Of a stretch of DNA of 64,000 nt, positions 25,601-37,600 are shown one piece after another. Every line of letters begins with the position of its first letter. Position 1 is the stretch's first letter. Where the stretch lies: contig OZ024750.1 of NCBI GenBank assembly GCA_964016885.1, positions 372,001 to 436,000 of the forward strand, read 5' to 3'. Under the pieces are notes generated by a model, which had not been told where the DNA came from, did no database searches, and was given only the letters and a program-made list of their open reading frames with translations. Position numbers and translations under genes: made by a program. The DNA is from Eledone cirrhosa (taxonomy: Eukaryota).

Positions 25601-28600
25601 CCTTGCTTCTCTGGTCATGGATTCATTGAAGCTCCAACATCTGGCAATGGACTTGGTAAACACCCACAAAGTTATTAACCATCTCGCCAACAACAACCCT
25701 GAGCACCTTTTTGATCTCCATGTGTCTAACACATGTGGACATACCTACAAAGTCAGAGAACAGCACAGCTCCCATGACTTTCAGAAACATTTTTTCACGC
25801 TTAGAGTTGCTGAAGCATGGAACAAACTGCCTGCGTCAGTTGTTAGATGTCGAGACACTGCATCCTTTAAGACCCTCATGCTTCCCGAAATTTGCCAAAA
25901 CTACACCCGATGTCCCCCTTCCATACATGTGTATATCATGACTCTTGCACTGTTCATTTTCCTCACGTTTGTACATTACCCTATGTACTATACATACACT
26001 TTTGATGAATTGTAGTGCACCTGAGCACTGTACACAATATTTTCATTATTATTATTATATATTCAAACTCTTTAAATTAGCACCAACATTCTACAGGATA
26101 GTAAAAGTATTTAAAATTCAGACGGGTGTAAAAATATGTTATTTATTAATAGTATATTGAGTGGTGGTGGTAGATGGTGGTGGTGGTGGTGTATATGGAG
26201 GTGGTGGTGGTGTATGTGGAGGTGGTGGTGGTGTATGTGGAGGTGGTGGTGGTGTATGTGTCAACATGCACCTATACAAAAGTTTCAAGCATGCTATTGA
26301 GCTCATGCAATATATAAATATATTTATGAGTGAAGCTAAACCCAGTGTAAAACACTTTTAATGATTTCTCCGAGGTAATCCTAGCACGTTTCATAACGTA
26401 AAGAAGATAATAGTAATAAAATAGCAGCAATCAATATAAAGCAGATTGTTAAGACATACACACACACACACACACGCATGCATAAGTAAAAAATTGAAAA
26501 ATTCTGCAAAAAAAAAAAAATAAATAAATAAAAAATAATTACTAGGGAAATAAAAAATTAAAATTAAGACAAAAAGAAACCTCAGAAAGAATGGAAGAAA
26601 AAATGTTTGATTTTTTTACATAAAATTCAGCAATTGTCGAAGATCGTTGACTTTCATAATAATAACAATAATATCTAGAAAAAGGAAAAATACCAAAGAA
26701 ATAATTGCTTTAACTCTTAAGGTCCTGTAAAGATTTAGCAGAAAACATTTCAAAACATTTGTTAATTCAAATGTTTATAGTATCTTTATGAACAGATTAT
26801 TGTGAAAATGTTTAACATGATTCATTTTTAGTCATGTTTTTTTTCTTACTTTCCAAGAATGTCTGTCTAATGTGATTTCATGTGGTACAGGACATTAAGA
26901 GTTAAAGAACAGAACCACCAAAGCTAGAATATACAGAACTTAATGCTGTGAAAAAATATATTTAAAAAAAAAAAAAAAAAATTGTTGATTAAAAAAAAGA
27001 GAAAAAGAGTAGGCAATGAAATACAGCAAGAGAAAATAGAGGCAAATTTAAAATGTTGAAGAACAGTTTTTTGTTTGTTTGTTTGTTTGTTGTTTTTAAG
27101 TGGAAGGCAAAGACAACTACCTAGGTAAACGATGTTTTAAAAGTGTACCCAATCAGAATTCTGTCACCTCTTTCTGTTCAAACAGGCTATAACTGTTTGC
27201 TCATACTGATGTTAAGGTATTGTTCTCAAAATAAATGGTATCATAGATTCAATATTATGTGAGATAAAGTGTTTACCATGAAAATACAATCATAAATATA
27301 GAGTAATGTAAATGCTAAAGGGTTAAAGTGACAATTGAAACCAAACTACAATTTGATCTCCAGATGAAGAAGGTTTAACCCTTTTGATACCACCAAAAAC
27401 TGCTACTAGTTCTATGGTATGAAACTATTTGTTTTAGCTGTTTACATTTATCTAAAAACCTTTCATCATAATTTTATGTAAGAACCTTCACATTATGTAC
27501 CAAACATCTTAACCATTTAGCATTTAAACCGGCTGTATCCAGCCAGAATTCTGTCACCTTTTTATTTTCAAACCGGCTGTAACTGGCCATTCATACTTAT
27601 ATTAAGGTATTGTTCTCAAAATAAATAATATCAAAATCTTATAGATTCAATATTATGTGAGATAATTATGTAAAATAAAGCCTTTACCACAAAAATACAA
27701 TAGTAAATATAGAGTAATGTAATGCTAAAGGGTTAATAATGAGAAATTTATATTTATTACTAAATACTTCCAAAATTATTTGAAAATCATAGGCAGTTTT
27801 TTTTTTTTATTAGAAATATGGTAATGAAAGGGTTAAGTGTTAATTATCAGAAAACTATAGAAAGACCCGATCCCCAACGGGTACAAGCCGAAGCTGAAGC
27901 ATATAGACAATATGCCCCCACACCCTCCCACTGGTCGTGGAGGTGCCACGGCAAAAAAGCACCCAGCCCACACTGTAAAGTGGACGTGTAGGCGCCACGG
28001 AAAAAAAGCACCCAGTACTCACTGTAAATGAGGTTGGTGTTAGGAAGGGCATCCAGCTGTAGAAAACCAGCCAGAATCAGTTCCCATATGAGCAAGGCAA
28101 AGTCAGCTGACCGGAAACTGCCCATAACAGGACAACCGGTCTAACCCATGCTAGCGTGGAAGAACGGATGTAAAACGGTGATGATGACTCACTGAGAATG
28201 TAGTGTGTTATTAGGGTCTACAAAAGGTTTATTACATTGAGTCAAATACTTCATCTAAATGCTATGAATTCTCAATGATAATCATCATCATCGATATAAT
28301 AAAACAGATGTTTGTAATTAGATAAAGGTAGGTAAGAAGGAAGTGATATAAACAACAAACATTTTATCTAAGGCCATTTTCTCTGCTACAGTAGATAATA
28401 GCTTTGAGGGTCTTTATACACATGATAGGAGTCATACTTGAGGCAGTTGGAAGCGCTTCATAGAACCAACCCCTTACTACACACAGGGATACGGTGTGCC
28501 TATTGTCAGATATACACAGAGAATGAAATATAAATACAGTAATAATTACTATTATACTGAGAAAGGGAAACTAAAATATTTATTTAGATCAAAATAACCA

Positions 28601-31600
28601 TTAGTATAATATAACTAATATATTAATTATTTGAATATAAGCTGAGGAATATATGACAAAAATAAAATTGATGGTAAAATGGGAGTCAGATTGTATTCGA
28701 GGTCAATATTTTGATGATTTTAACCAACTTCAGGTAAAAGAAGCCTTAACTCCTGATGGAATCATAAGGACACCATCACGAGACACTGTATGTCTTGGGT
28801 ATTTTAAACAGTTTCTGATAATTAGTATGAATATCAAATAATAATCACACAAACACACATACAACCATGGGTGATGAGAGACATACAAGTAAAGAATGCC
28901 TGAATGGAAGTGGCACAAGACTAGACAGGTCCATGGATTAGAAGACAATTAGAAAACAATGGGTTTCAACTGAAATGGCATAGTCACTGAAATAAGATAA
29001 CCCCTTCATGGCATATTCATTGAGATAAACCCTTTGTATTTGATTGTGTCTTTTTTCACAGACAAAGCAACAACTTTCAAATGAAAGAAATACTAACTTT
29101 ATAACAGAAGAAAGTAACAACAATGTTTGGCTGAAATAATATAAATAAATGAGTAGAACATAATTACCAATATACAAACATAGAATAACAACTGGTTCTT
29201 TACTTTGTATTTTAATCTCATTGCTAGAGAGAAGAGACAATAGTGCAGGCCAAAAACAAAATAAGAAGGTTTTATTTTTACTAACTATTAAACAATGAAG
29301 ACAACTTTGAAAAAGTTGGAAATTATTTTTGTGAAGAACAGCGTGTCGGTGTCATGCAGTAGAACATTCTGATAACAGAATTAAAGAGAAGGTGAGGGAT
29401 ATAATGATAATGGTTTCTACTTTTGGCACAAAGCCTTTTGGGGGGAGAGGGGAAAGTCAATTAAATAATCGACCTCAGTGCATTACTGGTACTGTATTTT
29501 ATCAACCCTATAAAGATGAAAGGCAAAATTGAAATAATTAAATTGCCCCCAGTATGTTACTGGTGCTTTATTTTATCGACCCCATAAGGATGAAAGGCAA
29601 AGCTAACCTCACTGGCAACAACCATTTAAAGAGACAACTAAAAGGGTTGACACCAGGAAAGGGATCTAGTTGTAAAATATTGTCTCAATAAAACCCCTAA
29701 GATGAGTAATTAAGCCTATTATGGGGCCCATGGGGCTAATTCCTGCTTTAGTAAGATGTATGTATGTACCCATAACTTCTAATGGAGTTGTAGGGGTGCT
29801 GTAATAACATAGTGTTCTGGGCGGGTATTTTAAAAACCTGGTGGAGCCCATCTCTTCTCCAGGTTTGACCACAAACAATTTCTTCCAGAGAAAGAGAAAG
29901 TGATAGAGAGGAAGTGAGAAAGAGATATAGTAGAAGAATCAACCCCAGTACTAAACTGGTACTTTTTTCTTATCGTCTTCGAAAGGTTGAAAGGCAAAGT
30001 CAACCTTAGCGAGCAGAGAACCAAAACGATACCACACTGCCAAAAATCACACACCAAAATCTCTTCTATATAAACCAATCAAGTAGTTGTTTGACCAAAT
30101 CTCTCTCAATAAACAACATTGTTTTAAAATCAGAATTTGTGAATATATTGTCCAGTTAAATACCTCCATGTGATAAGTGCAGTTAAATACCTCCATGTGA
30201 AAATGTCCAGTCAACCGTGAATATATTGTTTCTCAACAACAAAAACATTAACAACAACTAAACTAAACAGAATGGATTAAAAAACAAACAAACAACCCCC
30301 ACATACACAACAGTCGTACTATCAAATGTAGTCAACATGGACATCCACCACTGTATGACGAATTCTACAGAATGGTCACACACCAAACTGAAATATGCCA
30401 TACCCGAGATGATGTGGATTTCCTCTAAGTATTTTAATTTGTTACAGATGAGAAATATTAGAGAGAGGACAGCAGTGATTGGTAAGCTAGAGAGGAGTTG
30501 TGTGTGAACATTACACTGTCAATAAATGAATGAATATATACAGGGTGTCCCCGAAAAATGTATACACACTTTGAATACTTGTTAAAGTGTGTATACATTT
30601 TTTGGGACAATCTATATATATATATATATATGCATGTCATGGTGGAATTATAAATATGTGCAGCTGTATAAGCACAATTATGTGTGTGTGAGTGTGTGTT
30701 ATACAACACACACACACACAAACACGTGTGTGTTTGTGTGTGCCAAGGTTGGAAGAGACAACTAGAAGTTAAAATAATTGTAATTTATAGACAGCCACAA
30801 ATTTCACTGAGATAATTTTCACATGCAAGGGAAATATGTAGATTGGTACACAAGGTAATCAGAGACCCCCTAAATGTGAGATTTAAAATATTTCCATTGT
30901 AAACTCCTGTTCCACAAAACTGTTTAATTCAACGAAAAACTATTGTGTCTCTGCTCAACCCACAATAAATCTGCATATCATTCGCGACATCTGAGAAAAG
31001 TGAAGGTGCTTTTAGAAAGCAACAGAATGAACAGATATTATAACAAAGAAGTAAAAAAAAATAAGTTTTAAAAAAATGTCCATGTATGAACTAACATTGA
31101 ATATATTTTAGATATTATATCTAGATAATGAAAAATATAAGCAAGCAGAGACGTTGTGAAAGCTTTAGAAAGAATAAATAAATAAAAAAATGAATAAGTA
31201 AATAAATGAAAGTGCTTCAGGTTTCGTACCTTTTGCTTACAAGTCACCTGAAAATGATAATGTGTAAGATGACGTTATGATAAAACATACAATACACAGA
31301 CTAAAATATGAAATATTTCAACAGGCATTGTACAAAGTTTTATCTAACATTTAGTCAACTTCAATAGCTGTGAAAAAAAATAACATACTGCATTAATATT
31401 CCCTTAATATGTTGATTTCTTTTGCACTGAAAAATTTCTGTTAGATTTTCAAACGATTAATTTCTAGCAACATTTTTTTTGTGTAACTAATTCTAATGAA
31501 AGAAATTTCTTAGATTTAATTTTAATCTTATTCAAAAGCACAATGTGAATTATGTTTTTAAATGGATTAATTATGTGAGTGAAAAGAATAACTCCACATT

Positions 31601-34600
31601 ATAATAACTTAGTAGAAATATCCAAGGTATAGAGCATCTCAAATCCATAGGGCGAGTTTTAATATAAAGGCCATGTAACACTGGTCTTAATAATATATAT
31701 CACCATTTTATGTCCATTTTTCCATGCTAGTATGAGTTATATATATATATGGTATAAATTGAAGTTGTAGCCACAGTAAAGCAGATACCAATCGAATTAT
31801 TTAAGACAGTCACAAAGCACTCGATGGTGCAAACAGTTAATACATTTTTCATCCAAAGTAAACACAAAGTGAAGAAAGTGTGACTCCATGAATAAAATGA
31901 GCAGGTGTATGTGACCATAGTTTATAGGCACAACATAAGCTAGTAGAGACCAATCTTAAACATACTCCTTTAATATGGATTAGGAAACTTACCTGCATCT
32001 GAAGCAATTTCTTGATAACGACAACACTTTCAGCAACAACAGCTTCTGCAACACAAAATACACCCAAAGACATTACGTAAATCAAGATGTCATTTGGAAA
32101 AACTGTGTCCAAATATCACTAGCTCCTCTTTCCTTCAATGGTAGTGAATAGAAAGGTGCAGGAAGATATTGAATAAAGAGAATGAATGAACACTTTAAAA
32201 GAGATGGTTAATCCCAGTATAATTAGTCAAACAAGTGTTTTAAGGTCATCTTCTCTACTTCAGCAGGGGTGAACCATGTGGCCTCATGACAAGAAGAACA
32301 CTAGTGTATGGTTATGGTGAGGAGAGCATTGGTGTAATTGTACATGATCTCCAACTCTCAGTAATGAGAATGGGAAATGAAGAAGAATTCTAAAATAGAT
32401 ACACACAACATTATCTGCAACTTATATGGAATGAAAGCATTTAATGTGAAGATAAAACAAAAAATTTTAAAGAAAATAACTATTTACCATCTCTATTTGA
32501 CATGAGGTGGACCAATCCATTGAGACAAGCATCTGTGATCTCAGCAATATTGCTAGCACAACGACCAATCGCCTGAATTGTGGCAGCAGCAAATGCTTTG
32601 TCTGCACTGGTTACATAGGTCTATAAAATAATACAGAGATTAAACAATCAATTTACAATTAAGAAGTTGTTATAGAAGTTGTGAATAAATCAGGGGTATA
32701 CTCCTTGAGGCAGAAAAAAGTAGGTAATCGCCTATGGGACTTGAACTCACATTTGCCTATATTTCAGGACATTGTGTCACCCATACACTAAAGTGACAAG
32801 CCACTAAGTTCCATCAATTCCAATGCTGATATCATACCAGCTACAGTGTATACAATACAATAGAATCTTTATGAAGCATGTAGGAGATTGAGATTTCAAA
32901 GTATGTTTTTGCTATCAAGCAAAGAACAACAACTCACGAATTATCATTATAAATTACTGAATATACTTGAATATAAGACAAGGAATATGTGACCAAAGAA
33001 ACACAAAAAAAAACTGATGGTAGAAGGGTGGTTGGCTTCTATTTGGAGTCAATATTTTTATGATTTTTACCAACGTCAACAATTATTCAAATACCAAATC
33101 TTTTTAGGAAAACCATTAAAAATTTCCATTATAGTAATATTAGAAAATATATCAGTGAGAGGATTTCTGTTATTGTGAAAACTTCTTTTTCAATTTTTTT
33201 CCATCATCCCTTTATATATAATCATCAAATTGACAATGGTGGGAGACATTTTGAAAAATCTGGATGATTGTATATTGTTGCATTAAGAGTTATTTATTTT
33301 TGTTCTTTCTTTATAATTGTATGTCCTTCTCACACTAAACCATTCAACAGCTGAATGGTGTGTATGGGAGAGGGGGTACCTATTGTCAAGTAAACTGAGT
33401 TTAGCTAAATATGTTTTATCTAGGAGCATCATATAAAAGCTATTGCCACCACTACCAGCAGCAGTACCACCACCACCAGTAGCAACACAGTTTATCACAT
33501 AGTGTTGTTGATTAATATATCAGAGCGTTTCGTCGTCTCAAGTCAAAGATCTCAGACAGATAATACTTTCCTTTAAATATGTGCAGAATCTAGCAAGGCT
33601 TACTTTTGTATGACACCAATCTTGAACAGTATTCCCAACTGCTTTAGGAAGAAGTTTCAATGGGATTAACCCTAATGTCCCAATCACAACTGGCATCACT
33701 TTTATATTACCCTCTCGCATTCCAAACAATCTTGCCATCTTCACTTTCAATTCAAAATACTTGATGTTTTCAACCGGTTTAATCGCAATATTCATGTCAT
33801 TCCGTTTGGCTACATCGTTGATCTCTCAGTATTTGTTCTCCTTGTTCAATACAACAATGTCCAGTCAGTGATTCTCAATTCCTCTATCAGTTTGGAAATC
33901 ACAATCCCAAAATATCATTGCTTTCCCATCCTCTGACATTACTTTACAAAGTACATGTTCATACCAATTATCTTTAATTAGTGTTGTTGTTGTTGTAGCT
34001 ATTATCATCATTTCACAGAAAACAAATTATTTTTGTTGTTTAAGTAGAATACATTTGAAAGAAATGAAAAATTTGGGAGAAACTTTACCTGAAATTCTCG
34101 AAGAATAGTGGATATGTTTGTCTCTGTGGCAAGACTAGTCAAGATTTCTAGCTGCAAACAAAAATATTTAAAACCAAAATCATTTATTTTACATCAGTGA
34201 TATAATGTTTCTTCAACTAATTATTCCTGATAGCTGGATGTCCTTCCACTAAACCCCTCAACAACTAATTATTCCTGATAACTAGATCTCTTTCCTTCCA
34301 CTAAACCCCTCAACAATTAATTATTCCTGATAACTAGATCTCTTTTCTTCCACTAAACCCCTCAATAACTAATTATTCCTGATAGCTGGATCTCTTTCCT
34401 TTCACCAAACCCCTCAACAAAGAAATAAAAGAAACAAATGGAAACAAACAGAATTGTATGTTTGGTTAATATAATAACTGTACTTTGTTCATGGAATAAC
34501 TGTAGTTCGAAATGAAGAAAATATTAAACACTGATCTTACCTTTAATAATTTAACATGTGTTGGGTCATTTGAACGCACATAGAAACTTTTTAGATACGG

Positions 34601-37600
34601 CTCAAACATTCCCTGTTGGAGAAATAAAGTTTAAAAATAATATTTGAAATGTAGTCATCCCAACATAAACTACTATAATAATAGTTGAGAAAATTTGGTC
34701 AAGTACCCCTGGATCTGGAGAAAAGTAGACAGAGGTGCTTGCAAGAAATCAAACTCTGTACTTCTCAGATACTGGACCAATATGTTAATGATTTTTTAGC
34801 ATGATTTCTACAGCTGGATGCTCTTCTTATCCCAACCACTTTACATTATCTTTAATTTAATGTTTAAAATAAAGTTTTCTTTTTTTTAAAGCATGCAATA
34901 TTTTTATCATGAGAACTGATTAAAAATAAAATAATATTCTATCACTGTTTACCTTTCTGTATATGGTCATTGTGGCAATGTTGCTTAGCACCACATACTG
35001 TACCTCTCTGAAAGTAAAAAACAAAATAAAGATAAATCAGACTCAGAATCGTAGAGCGGGACAGTAAGATTTCACTGATTTTACAGACATAGCTCATAGA
35101 ACGAGCCAACTCTTCATAGAACGAGCCAACTCTTCATAGAACGAGCCAACTCTTCATAGAACGAGCCAACTCTTCATAGAACGAGCCAACTCTTCATAGA
35201 ATGAGCCAACTCTTCATAGAATGAGCCAACTCTTCATTGAGTGACCTATAAATATTTGAATGCAATAAAATTTGGTGATGAAAACAACCAAATACTTACT
35301 TGTGACTCCGCAAAAGTCGAATCAATGCCTTGCCAACAATTCCAACCTCAGCTTTGGGAGCACAGTGGAAATAAAGCTGAGCAACTGACATTACAACCTG
35401 TTGAAAAAATACAATATAATTAATAATATTTTCTGTCTTTGGGGCAAGAAGAAGGAAGAATGGCTAATTTAAGCCCAACAATAATATCATTATTGTTATA
35501 TAATTTAGAGACAAGAGGCAGGCCTTACAGAAGTATAGGGGAAAACAACATCAAGTCTGGCCTTTTATCTTGTATATTAACTACACCAACCAGGATTTAG
35601 TTAAATCATTCAATTCTAAATAGTATCAATATCAACATCATCGTCCTCATTGTCATTTAACATTGATGTTTCCATGCTTATATAGGTTGGACATGTCATT
35701 ACAAAGTTGGTACTGAATTGGTGATACTGTCTCTCTAGACAAGCAGTGAGCTTTGTCTCATCTCACGTGCATACATTACACTTTTGACACGGTTTCTACA
35801 GCTGGATGTCATCATCATTTCATTTTACGTCCACTTTTCCCTGCTTGCAAGGGTGGGACAGGAACTGATTCTGGCTTGATTTCTACAGCTGGATGCCCTT
35901 CCTAACACCAACCTCATTTACAGTGAGTGCTGAGTGCTTTTTTGCCGTGGCACCTCCACGACCACTTTGCAGTGGAATGATAAGGACCCCAGTCCCTATC
36001 ATCTCATTTCTACAGCTGAGTAAACTGGAGCAATGTGAAATAAAGTGTCTTGCTCAAGGAAACAACACATCACCCGGTCTGAGAATTGAACTCACAACCT
36101 TTCGATTGCAAGGCCAATGCTCTAACCACTAAGCCATGTGCCTATATATAAACACGTTACTGTTTGACATTCATAACACTACGAATATGGTCTTATTAGA
36201 GTATTTGTATTTACAATTTGTTATCAAGGCACTATATTTCTAATGACAGTTTATATCATTAACACTTTCATTATTATATTCTATTTCCTTCCTGTGAGAT
36301 TTCCTGGCACTTCTTCACCCAGCGACAATCATCTATATGTATCACATAGCAGTACCAACAGTTTTCTCTCCTGCACACCACTTCAGATTCCTCTTAAACC
36401 CAGCTTCTCCCTCAATTTACCTAGTTCTGTCTTTCTCTCACATTTACATGATATGAAGAAATATATAAAATATTTGCTAAAAGAGTAACTTACTGCAGCA
36501 TTCCTACTATTGAGTAAGGGCTTAGTTTGCCGTAGCAACAGGCGGTGATCTGAATCCATGCTGTACACTTTCTTCACAGTTTTACTATCTTCTTTTTCTT
36601 CTTCTTTATCGGAATCATCATAAAAACGGTGCTCAGATTCCTCATTTGTTTCCTGGCCAGAAAAGATAAGAGTTTATTTTCAAGTGAAATATAGTTGTTA
36701 AACACATATCTTACAAGTGATGGCTTAATAGTTCACGAGTACAAATTAATACATTGGTTTAGACAAATAGTAGTACAACTTAGTTATTTTACCATCTTTA
36801 AAAAATGTATTTTAGACCAAAATTAACTGCCAAGATATGATATAAAAAAGTGGTTTCAGTTTGTTTTAAATTATTATTTTACTTTTTGGAATTGCATTTA
36901 TCAAAGTTGTTATTGTATCTATCATTTTATTAATTAATCAGTTATTTTAACCATCCACAATAACATTTTTGTCATAGTTTCTTTTTCCAATATCTCAGCC
37001 CAGAATTTTATGAGAATTTGATATTATTTATTTTGAGAACAATAAGTATGAGCCGCAGGTTACGGCTGATTTGAAGAAAGAAGTGAGAGAATTCTGGCTA
37101 AATATGGCCAGTTTAAATGCTAAAGGGTTAAAGAATATAAATAATATAGACTGAAATTAAATTGATAAAAAAATAAATCCTAATTACAGTTTGATTTGGA
37201 TTAGTAAACTGTGTCCGACAATATCGTGTCAGCATGTTAATGATGACAACCTGGCCCCATTCTTCAACATCTACCAGCAGATTACATAGCTTCCGATAGT
37301 TCTTGTGTATCAAGTCTATCCTTTCTGGGCAAACTTCTTCAAATGCTTGAATAGCACTTCCAGCTACAAGCTGAAATAACAAGACAAAGAGATCGTTAAC
37401 GAACATTATGGTGCATAAAGTAATATTTTAGAATTAAATCTTACATATTGTATATACTAGAATATAAGCCGAGAAATATGTGACCAAAAAATTGATGGTA
37501 AAGTGGTGGGGGCTTATATATGCCATCTAAACAATGTGTTGATTAGCTGCCATTGCTCATAAATAGGGTTTAGATTTTTGCCCATTTCTCAGACATAAAA

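Noticed and set aside
26161-26361. Gly-rich protein ORF
   Set aside because: It is a GGT minisatellite in an intron, antisense to AP3B, with no splice support.
35893-36132. Recurrent ORFs [12 protein letters not shown]... as a gene family
   Set aside because: They are antisense translations of SINE and RTE 3' UTR copies.
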